Shown piece after piece: positions 1 through 6,203 of a stretch of DNA of 34,487 nt. Below the pieces are notes generated by a model. The model was not told the DNA's origin and searched no databases. It saw only the letters and a list, made by a program, of their open reading frames with translations. Origin of the DNA: an uncultured Gammaproteobacteria bacterium (GTDB taxonomy: Bacteria > Patescibacteriota > Microgenomatia > Levybacterales > UBA12049); contig CAYIOB010000001.1 in assembly GCA_964364925.1 (NCBI GenBank), forward strand, positions 1 to 34,487. The letters are read 5' to 3'. A program made the translations under genes and the position numbers. Numbering within the stretch: the stretch's first letter is position 1; each line of letters opens with the position of its first letter.

Positions 1-183
1 ATACCTACTCAAACTCCCACTCAAGAACCAGAAGGCTTCGGTTGCGATTGTAGTAAAACATGTACGCAAATTAGTTCCTGTGCGGAAGCGCAGTATTTAT
101 TGAACAGTTGCGGATGCAGCGCAAGAGATGGAGACCATGATGGAATAGCCTGCGACAGCGCCCCGCTCCACTGCCAAAACTAA
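1..183 (+). CDS. 3' end of a secreted protein: Pro/Thr linker plus Excalibur-like Cys-rich Ca-binding domain (5' truncated by window edge)
   Basis: Frame +1 is open from position 1 to TAA 181-183. It translates to IPTQTPTQEPEGFGCDCSKTCTQISSCAEAQYLLNSCGCSARDGDHDGIACDSAPLHCQN. DGDHDGIAC fits the DxDxDGxxC Excalibur signature. Confidence 0.55.
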   Translation: MPTQTPTQEPEGFGCDCSKTCTQISSCAEAQYLLNSCGCSARDGDHDGIACDSAPLHCQN

Positions 184-328
184 GCCGAGGAATTCAATTA
201 CCTCCTTACAGCTATGCGTCGAGTATTACGATCTATCTGATTTACCGCTCTCGAAATATTTTCCAGAGCAATAGCAATTCTCTCCAAGAGAATTCTTAAA
301 GCTTCGGCATTATCAGGATTCAATCCTA

Positions 329-532
329 TCACCTTCCTTTCTTAGCTCCATAGGGCGATCTATTGTTTGGTTTCAGAGATATATGTTTTTCCGTTGCTTT
401 TGCCTGTATCGCCTCTGGTGATCTCCCCATTTTTATACCAATTACTCGCGTAGGAGTATTACCTCTTGCTAAGCCCCGCAATTGGCTTACTTGAGTAGAC
501 GTCCATTGTTTACCCGAATTTTTCGCTGGCAT
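329..532 (-). CDS. small basic protein with a Myb/SANT-like helix-turn-helix pattern; last gene of the HNH operon
   Basis: 67-aa ORF. Its ATG (530-532) abuts the TAA (533-535) of the upstream gene. The pattern KQWTSTQVSQLRGLARGNTPTRVIGIKMGRSPEAIQAKA resembles a single Myb-like repeat. Confidence 0.5.
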   Translation of the reverse strand: MPAKNSGKQWTSTQVSQLRGLARGNTPTRVIGIKMGRSPEAIQAKATEKHISLKPNNRSPYGAKKGR

Positions 533-1309
533 TTAATTTTCACCTCCCTGAATTATGTTTTGTTTTTGATTCCACCATTCAACTAAGACAGCTTCTATTT
601 TTTCTCTACGGGTGCCCAAAAAAAGTATTACTTCCTCTCCATATGCTTCGTAATAATCCCTAGCATCATCTGTCCATATCTCGGATTTGCTATATAATTC
701 TTGCGTTGCTTCAGCAACAATCTCTGCAAAATCCAACGTTTCAACTATATTAATTCCTTTCCTAACTTCTTCAAAAGAATCTATCTGAGTTGACGAGAAC
801 AAATTAGAAATAAATTGTACGTTTAAATCCTCATCAAGCCCCGTGTATTCTTTATTCCAACCCTTTAGCGAATGCCCGTTATCAATTGGGACCCATGCTA
901 TTACGCCATTTTTTTCTTCTACCCCTATATGCTCGAGCTTTGAAGGCGCTCTATCTGTTTGCCTTACTAAGAGCTCTGCTACTAAAAGCCTGCCAAATAA
1001 TTCTTTATTTTTTACTTCCAGATTAGGATTTGCGTTTACATGATTCCAATTCGTAGGATAATAATCTTCAATTAAGCCTAGCCTTCCATCTACGTTTTCA
1101 AAGAAAACTTTGACGCTATTTAATCCTATTTTTTCGTGAATCCTATCCACAATTACCTCGTTTAGTAATTCTATAAGCATTGACCTGTCGGCATTACGGG
1201 GGTATTTCAGAAATTTCTTTTTACCATAACGATTAGATAATACGCAATGAGTGTTAGACCTTCTCTCTACTATTCTAAAATCTTTTGTTAATGATGCGGC
1301 TTTTGCCAT
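533..1309 (-). CDS. hypothetical protein, possibly kinase-fold (HipA / PI3-PI4-kinase-like) with an atypical catalytic loop
   Basis: I place the start at ATG 1307-1309 (MAKAASL...), which follows a strong AGGAGGAGGG RBS; the track ORF start at 1339 overlaps the HNH gene. TDRAPSKLEH and VPIDNGHSL resemble the DRHxxN and IDFGH kinase motifs, but the H and N are replaced. The fold assignment is weak. Confidence 0.55.
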   Translation of the reverse strand: MAKAASLTKDFRIVERRSNTHCVLSNRYGKKKFLKYPRNADRSMLIELLNEVIVDRIHEKIGLNSVKVFFENVDGRLGLIEDYYPTNWNHVNANPNLEVKNKELFGRLLVAELLVRQTDRAPSKLEHIGVEEKNGVIAWVPIDNGHSLKGWNKEYTGLDEDLNVQFISNLFSSTQIDSFEEVRKGINIVETLDFAEIVAEATQELYSKSEIWTDDARDYYEAYGEEVILFLGTRREKIEAVLVEWWNQKQNIIQGGEN

Positions 1310-1310
1310 T

Positions 1311-1550
1311 TTAAAACCCTCCTCCTGTAATTGGTCCATAATTTACCTTGATACCAGCCATAGCAGTAAAGATACGCCATAGTACATATTCTTCATGGGT
1401 TTTCTCGGCCTTCTCTCGGTTGCATCCGGAGCAAATTAAGCGTTTATTTTGAGGGAAATCGCTACCACCCCTAGAAAGAGGAATAATATGATCAAGCTCG
1501 AAGCTTGAAATTTCACCTATAAAGTTGCAATAAATACATTTAACGTTCAT
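1311..1550 (-). CDS. small HNH endonuclease
   Basis: The 79-aa product carries CIYCN...ELDHIIPLSRGG...N...CSGCNREK, which is CxxC, DH, N and CxxC-N-x2-K, the zinc-finger HNH signature. Confidence 0.85.
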   Translation of the reverse strand: MNVKCIYCNFIGEISSFELDHIIPLSRGGSDFPQNKRLICSGCNREKAEKTHEEYVLWRIFTAMAGIKVNYGPITGGGF

Positions 1551-1583
1551 AATCAGTTTGCATATTGATTTTTATAAAATTAT

Positions 1584-1612
1584 TTGATACCATTGTATTG
1601 TAAGGCTATATA
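1584..1612 (+). promoter_or_regulatory. candidate lexA promoter (TTGATA-N17-TATATA)
   Basis: TTGATA at 1584-1589 and TATATA at 1607-1612 are separated by exactly 17 nt, 24 nt upstream of the lexA ATG at 1637. Confidence 0.45.
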
Positions 1613-1620
1613 CCCTACAA
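1598..1620. promoter_or_regulatory. inverted repeat TTGTAAGG-N7-CCCTACAA overlapping the lexA -10; candidate operator
   Basis: TTGTAAGG (1598-1605) matches the reverse complement of CCCTACAA (1613-1620) at 7 of 8 positions. The repeat is centred on TATATA in the divergent HNH/lexA intergenic region. Confidence 0.4.
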
Positions 1621-1636
1621 ATCATTATAGCATAAT

Positions 1637-2269
1637 ATGTCAATTTTTTCCAGTGGCCCTACAAAAAAGCAAAAAGAGATTTTAGGTTTTATTGCAAATT
1701 TTGTAAAAAATAATAAATTCCCCCCCACATTTAGAGAAATATCAAAAGGCTTAGATATTTCGGTAGGAACTGTTCAGGATCAACTACAGTCTTTACAGAA
1801 AAAAGGGGTTTTGTCGTGGATTCCAAATAGAAAGAGATCTATTAAACTAAGAGCGGCTATGGACGTTCAACCAAACGTACCTGTTCCCTTGCTTGGAACA
1901 ATTTCTGCGGGAGAAGGAATTTCGGTACACGAAGAGCCTGAACCTGAAATAATAGACGTTCCGAATCACATGATAACTTCTGGATTTGGACATTATTGTT
2001 TAAAAGTATCCGGTTTTAGCATGAGCGACGACGGAATAATGGACGGCGATATTATCGTTGTCAGACAACAAGCGTCAGCAAGCGATGGCGATGCAGTCGT
2101 GGCTGTGGTAAGCGATGACCCTGATGAAAAAGCTACTTTGAAAAGATTTTATCATCACGGAAATAAAATTGAATTACGCCCAAGAAATCAAGAGCTACGA
2201 TCTAAGTTCTACGATCCTTCTCAAGTTGAAGTTAGGGGAAAATTTAGAGGCTTGATAAGAAACAACTAA
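1637..2269 (+). CDS. lexA: LexA-type repressor (winged-helix N-terminal domain plus S24 self-cleaving peptidase domain)
   Basis: N-terminal KKQKEILGFI...FPPTFREISKGLDISVGTVQDQLQSLQKKGVL. Ala-Gly site in TISAGEG, catalytic Ser in GFSMSDDG, and Lys in ATLKRF. Confidence 0.85.
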   Translation: MSIFSSGPTKKQKEILGFIANFVKNNKFPPTFREISKGLDISVGTVQDQLQSLQKKGVLSWIPNRKRSIKLRAAMDVQPNVPVPLLGTISAGEGISVHEEPEPEIIDVPNHMITSGFGHYCLKVSGFSMSDDGIMDGDIIVVRQQASASDGDAVVAVVSDDPDEKATLKRFYHHGNKIELRPRNQELRSKFYDPSQVEVRGKFRGLIRNN

Positions 2270-2297
2270 TTTAATTAGAGAAAATTTCTATTTAAAA

Positions 2298-2306
2298 TGA
2301 TATGAT
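2298..2306 (+). promoter_or_regulatory. extended -10 (TGaTATGAT) upstream of the methyltransferase
   Basis: TG at 2298-2299 and TATGAT at 2301-2306, 13 nt before ATG 2320. Confidence 0.4.
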
Positions 2307-2319
2307 TTATTTGTAGCCT

Positions 2320-3129
2320 ATGAAGATTGCAAGTTTTATTGATAAGGTTATTCAAGGAGATTGTCTTGAGGTAATGAAGGCTATCCCCGATAAGTCAATC
2401 GATATGATTCTTTGCGATTTGCCTTATGGGACAACTCAAAACAAATGGGACTTTGAAATTCCTTTAGATAAATTATGGATTCAATACGAAAGGATAATTT
2501 CGGATAAGGGGATGATCGCTCTTAATTCTCAAGGAATATTCACAGCTAAGCTAATAATGAGCAACCCTAAACTTTTTAAGTATAAGCTAGTATGGATTAA
2601 ATCAAAATCAACAAATTTTCTAAATGCAAAAAAACAACCTCTAAGAAAACATGAGGACATTTGTATTTTTTACAAGAATCACACAAATCAACCTACATAT
2701 AATCCTCAAATGGGAATTGGAGATCCATATGATAAAGGAATTAGAAAAGATCAATTAACGGGAAGCTATGGGGATTTTAATCCTATTCATGTTAAAAGCA
2801 ATGGCGGAAGATACCCGGTAGATGTAATTTATTTTAAAACCGCAGAGAGCGAAGGCAAGGTTTACCATCCAACTCAAAAACCAATTGAATTAGCAAGATA
2901 TTTAATAAAAACTTATACTAATCCCGGTAACATTGTGCTTGATAATACGTGCGGAAGTGGTAGCTATTTAGTAGCTGCATTATTGGAAAACAGAAAATAT
3001 ATAGGAATAGAAAAAAATGAAGACTCCGTATTGCATAAAAAACACGGAATAAATTTAATAGATATATGCAAATTTAGATTAGAAGCTGCACAGGAAAAAA
3101 TAAACGAGAGACAATTTATTTTTAATTAA
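2320..3129 (+). CDS. beta-class DNA methyltransferase (N6-adenine or N4-cytosine), type II R-M
   Basis: Motif IV (DMILCDLPYG) is near the N-terminus and motif I (LDNTCGSGS) near the C-terminus. HPTQKPIEL is a conserved block of the N6_N4 MTase family. Confidence 0.9.
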   Translation: MKIASFIDKVIQGDCLEVMKAIPDKSIDMILCDLPYGTTQNKWDFEIPLDKLWIQYERIISDKGMIALNSQGIFTAKLIMSNPKLFKYKLVWIKSKSTNFLNAKKQPLRKHEDICIFYKNHTNQPTYNPQMGIGDPYDKGIRKDQLTGSYGDFNPIHVKSNGGRYPVDVIYFKTAESEGKVYHPTQKPIELARYLIKTYTNPGNIVLDNTCGSGSYLVAALLENRKYIGIEKNEDSVLHKKHGINLIDICKFRLEAAQEKINERQFIFN

Positions 3130-4034
3130 ATACCCCCATAAGGAGATTTTTTTATTTTTTTCTCAAAATTCTTTAACTCCTTATCGTCAATTTGTTTTAG
3201 ATCTTTTAACCACTCCATCAAGTGATGGTATTGGTTAGGATGTAAAATAGAGGAAACAGTATCAGTAACTCCAAGTTTTTGTTTTACAAATTCTATTTGC
3301 TTCTGATTTAAAAAACCTCTTCCTACCAAATCGTAGACTATTCTTAAAGCATCTACAGATGTAAGATTTAAGTCTCCCTTTTTTGATTCATCTTCTTCTA
3401 CATCAACAGTTTCTATGGTTAATAAATCCTTAATCTGTTTGATTCCATTTAAGTTTTTGTTATAAAATTCTATTTCTTGACCTCGATAGGTAAACCAAGT
3501 ATTTCCTTGTTCTGTTAATGAGCCTCTTGGTAAGTAAACGCCCTCTTTAAAAACTCTTTTTTTAGATACCCAGCCACAAACATATAATTTCCATTTCCTC
3601 TGTCTATTTGTACCAGGGAGCAATCTATTTGAAGGGGTTTCTAGATGAGTCATTAAATAAATATCTGTATTAAGATTTTCATCAAAAATTTGTCTGGCAA
3701 AAAAATTATGCTTTGCTTCTCTTATCAATCCATCTGCGTGTAAGTATGCTTCCTTAAATGGCAGTACTCCACCCCTACATTTAACATCCAACTTTACCCC
3801 TGAAGGCAAAAGAATATCAAACGCAAGATCTTTTTGTTCTTTTATAATTCCTAACTCTTTTCTTATAACGATTTCCGCTAAGGCTCCGTAACCCTGTTGC
3901 TCTTTGTTTCCTCTTTCTGCTCCAGTTTTATTTAAGCTATCCTCAATATACTTTGCAGCTTCTTTTCTTAGTTCAAAACCATGCTCTCCTGAAAGATCAA
4001 TTACGATTGGTGTTGGCAATAGAAACTTATACAT
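3126..4034 (-). CDS. putative type II restriction endonuclease (PD-(D/E)xK)
   Basis: Convergent with the MTase. The two stop codons overlap inside the palindrome TTAATTAA (3123-3130). FDILLPSGVKLDVKC gives D-x10-D-x-K, a PD-(D/E)xK-type core. Confidence 0.6.
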   Translation of the reverse strand: MYKFLLPTPIVIDLSGEHGFELRKEAAKYIEDSLNKTGAERGNKEQQGYGALAEIVIRKELGIIKEQKDLAFDILLPSGVKLDVKCRGGVLPFKEAYLHADGLIREAKHNFFARQIFDENLNTDIYLMTHLETPSNRLLPGTNRQRKWKLYVCGWVSKKRVFKEGVYLPRGSLTEQGNTWFTYRGQEIEFYNKNLNGIKQIKDLLTIETVDVEEDESKKGDLNLTSVDALRIVYDLVGRGFLNQKQIEFVKQKLGVTDTVSSILHPNQYHHLMEWLKDLKQIDDKELKNFEKKIKKSPYGGI

Positions 4035-4040
4035 GTGGCG

Positions 4041-4069
4041 ATTATAGCGCTTTGGGGGAACTATTTCTA
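4041..4069 (-). promoter_or_regulatory. leaderless-type promoter of the endonuclease gene (CCAAAGCGCTATAAT module)
   Basis: On the minus strand, TATAAT (4046-4041) lies 6 nt before ATG 4034. TAGAAA lies 17 nt upstream, inside the inverted repeat ATTTCT-N3-AGAAAT (4063-4077). Confidence 0.5.
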
Positions 4070-4141
4070 CCAGAAATAAAGTTCGTAAAGCCTGATTAAA
4101 GAATTATGAAGTAAGAATTAAGATTAATGATAAGATTTTGG

Positions 4142-4170
4142 TTGACAAACAGATTACAAGAAGATATAAT
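4142..4170 (+). promoter_or_regulatory. orphan perfect sigma70 consensus promoter TTGACA-N17-TATAAT
   Basis: TTGACA at 4142-4147, a 17-nt spacer, and TATAAT at 4165-4170. There is no plus-strand protein gene downstream until 6204. Confidence 0.55.
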
Positions 4171-4176
4171 ATGGAT

Positions 4177-4240
4177 AATCATTAGGGAGAAACGAACATA
4201 TGACTACGTGTTATATGCAACGTCTCCCAATTTTTATGGC
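4177..4240 (+). ncRNA. candidate small RNA (about 60 nt) convergent with the 3' end of the NYN gene
   Basis: The predicted TSS is about 7 nt after the -10. The hairpin GGGAGA..CG..CATAT / ATATG..CG..TCTCCC (4185-4228) is followed by AATTTTTAT. The U-tract exists only on the plus strand. Confidence 0.35.
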
Positions 4241-4782
4241 ATTTTTTCAAGTTTGGCTTTTTCTTGCTCAATAAATACTTTATATGACTGTAGAGGCTTT
4301 AAAAGAGAAGATTCTGTTTTGGCATTGGGAATAATTATTTTCAATAGCTTTTTCTGCTTAGCCAGATAATCATGTAAACAAAAATAGTCTCCATCTCCGG
4401 CGACAATAACAATTTTGTCATAATTATCGTATTCTATTTTGGCTGCATGCAGAACTAATTCGGCATCTACATTTCCTTTTGGTTTTCCGGTACTATCTTT
4501 TACTGTTGGCTTAAATACCAAATCATAACCATAAGATTTTAGTTTTTTATAAAGTTCTTCGTTTTGTTTAATATAACCTATAAACAAAAAGGCTTTTTTG
4601 ACATGAAATTTATCATTTAAATATATTCTAAATTTTTTAAAATCAAGTTTCCAGCCTTTGTAAATTAGTTTTCGATTTCTGTAAATATCTTTGCTTGTTC
4701 CCAAGTTTAAATTCTGACTGTCAATAAAAGCGTAGACTGTTTCCCTTTTGATTTTATTTATATTGCCGGAAGATTTCTTCAT
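4234..4782 (-). CDS. NYN-domain (LabA/PIN-like) putative ribonuclease
   Basis: YAFIDSQNLN, KGNVDAELVLHA and IVAGDGDYFCL match the three acidic motifs of NYN/LabA domains. Confidence 0.8.
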   Translation of the reverse strand: MKKSSGNINKIKRETVYAFIDSQNLNLGTSKDIYRNRKLIYKGWKLDFKKFRIYLNDKFHVKKAFLFIGYIKQNEELYKKLKSYGYDLVFKPTVKDSTGKPKGNVDAELVLHAAKIEYDNYDKIVIVAGDGDYFCLHDYLAKQKKLLKIIIPNAKTESSLLKPLQSYKVFIEQEKAKLEKMP

Positions 4783-4793
4783 TAATTACTAGA

Positions 4794-4808
4794 ATTATAG
4801 CGCTTTGG
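4794..4808 (-). promoter_or_regulatory. promoter of the NYN gene (second copy of CCAAAGCGCTATAAT)
   Basis: 15 nt identical to 4041-4055. The -10 lies 11 nt before ATG 4782. Confidence 0.5.
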
Positions 4809-4842
4809 AATTGAATAATAAAGTCGGGGCTTTGAGGACTTG

Positions 4843-5580
4843 TTATCTATTACTTATAGCTCTTCTAACTCTTTTTCCAAGTGGCCCTTTATCTAGAAGT
4901 ACTCTTTTTGTGTCTCTATCCGAATTTCTTCTAAGAATTGCGGGAGCAGGTCTTGTGTCGCCAATTTTTGGTTCTTCTTTTGAAAAAACTATATCGGAGT
5001 TTCTTATATTACTTCTTTTAACAGGTCCTGTTCTTTGTCTCGGTAGTCTTCTATAGGTTGTTCTTTCTCTTGGCTTTTCTTCTTCAAAGTCTTCCCGTTC
5101 TTCTTCTAAGATTTTGTCGGAATTACTTACCAAATTAACAGATACTTTTTCAAACCACTCTTCCGGTAGAATAATTTTGGAATCAAACGAATTTTCATAT
5201 CTTTTTCCCTTAATAGTTGTCCATTCCCTTATTGGTCCGTATCTTGGGTTAGCAATTCTCCAAAGCATTAGCTTATCGCGAACATCTTCGTAAACCCTGT
5301 CCAGTTTTTTATATGCAGGTGAGCCTTCTGCAAGATCTCCTGTTAGATTTGTCCATTTTCCCCTAGACAGCGGCTCGTAACTTGTTATTCTTCCGGTTTT
5401 TAAATCCAGCAAACGCGCTCTTATAATAGCTCCTGTTAAAGGATTTAAAACCATTGTTATACCGCGAGTTCCTAAGGTGCCGTCAAAAGTTTGCCTAATT
5501 GCTTCTTCTCTTTGTTTAAACCCTTGCGGAATTTCATCAAACAAGGGTATTTGTGCCTGTTTATCTTCACGCTCTTTCAT
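4843..5580 (-). CDS. hypothetical protein with an Arg/Lys-rich disordered C-terminal third
   Basis: 245-aa ORF with its own TATAAT 7 nt upstream. I recognise no motif. The tail is RRLPRQRTGPVKRSNIRN...RRNSDRDTKRVLLDKGPLGKRVRRAISNR. Confidence 0.65.
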   Translation of the reverse strand: MKEREDKQAQIPLFDEIPQGFKQREEAIRQTFDGTLGTRGITMVLNPLTGAIIRARLLDLKTGRITSYEPLSRGKWTNLTGDLAEGSPAYKKLDRVYEDVRDKLMLWRIANPRYGPIREWTTIKGKRYENSFDSKIILPEEWFEKVSVNLVSNSDKILEEEREDFEEEKPRERTTYRRLPRQRTGPVKRSNIRNSDIVFSKEEPKIGDTRPAPAILRRNSDRDTKRVLLDKGPLGKRVRRAISNR

Positions 5581-5587
5581 TTAGGCG

Positions 5588-5593
5588 ATTATA
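5588..5593 (-). promoter_or_regulatory. -10 box (TATAAT) 7 nt upstream of the 245-aa gene
   Basis: The minus strand reads GGGGTATAATCGCCTAAATG. It shares TATAATCGCC with the endonuclease promoter. Confidence 0.45.
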
Positions 5594-5703
5594 CCCCATT
5601 GTTGTTTTATTGTCACTCGTATGCCGTGACTAAAGTTCGTAAAGGTTAAGGACTATTTATTATTTACAATTTATGATTTAGAGATATAAGAATTTGAAGG
5701 GAC

Positions 5704-5973
5704 TTAAAAAGAGAATTCCGCTGCTTCAAAGAAGGCATGAAAAACTACTGCGGATCTTGAATTTACTCCATCCGCAGCTTTTAATACATCTTGTACGTGT
5801 GGAGCTTCTCTAATATTTACTTGTTTTATGTGTCCTTGCACATCTTCTTCGGGAGCAACAATTCTTCCCACATGAGGATGAGCATCTTGATAATGATCAC
5901 GATTCGGCTTTGCCAAACGAAAACCTATCAAACGCTCTCCTTCTATTAATCTAGCCATATATTCTGTATACAT
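5704..5973 (-). CDS. hypothetical small His-rich protein
   Basis: 89-aa ORF (alternative start MARLIEG at 5958). No recognisable domain. Confidence 0.45.
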   Translation of the reverse strand: MYTEYMARLIEGERLIGFRLAKPNRDHYQDAHPHVGRIVAPEEDVQGHIKQVNIREAPHVQDVLKAADGVNSRSAVVFHAFFEAAEFSF

Positions 5974-6186
5974 TTAATTTTATGCTTTGTCAATTTATTT
6001 AATATAGCTTTCCCTTGTTGATAAATGATTTATGATTAAAGAATTGGGACTTGGAATTTTTGAAGTAGGAAGTAAGAAGTTCTTGAACTTGAATTCTAGA
6101 TTTCAAGAATTCTTGACTTCAAAGACTCAAGGGTCAAAAAAATCAAGGGCATCTGACTTCAAAACATCAATGTAAACTCTCAAACA

Positions 6187-6195
6187 TGGTATAAT
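6187..6195 (+). promoter_or_regulatory. extended -10 (TGgTATAAT) 8 nt upstream of the alaS ATG
   Basis: TG at 6187-6188, TATAAT at 6190-6195, ATG at 6204, and no SD in between. Confidence 0.55.
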
Positions 6196-6203
6196 TAAAG
6201 CTG

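Noticed and set aside
184-328. Terminator between the convergent Excalibur and Myb-like genes (AATTCTCT-CCA-AGAGAATT at 276-294)
   Set aside because: The 8-bp AT-rich stem has no flanking U-tract on either strand, which is too weak to call.
1310-1339. Longer start (1339) for the kinase-fold gene
   Set aside because: It would overlap the HNH gene by 29 nt and ignores the strong AGGAGGAGGG RBS placed before ATG 1309.
4127-4369. 80-aa plus-strand ORF in the spacer and antisense to the NYN gene
   Set aside because: It starts upstream of the only plausible plus-strand promoter. It is low-complexity and runs antisense through a well-supported NYN CDS, so it is most likely a shadow ORF. The interesting signals here are the promoter and hairpin, which I report separately.
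1-5973. Calling the accessory island a prophage, ICE or transposon
   Set aside because: The window has no integrase, transposase, terminal inverted repeats or att-like direct repeats flanking the island. Only the defence-type gene content and the LexA-like repressor hint at mobility.
5974-6203. T-box riboswitch upstream of alaS
   Set aside because: I see no T-box sequence (AAnnnGGGTGGTACCGCG-like), no specifier-loop architecture and no terminator/antiterminator pair. The -10 box lies only 8 nt from the ATG.
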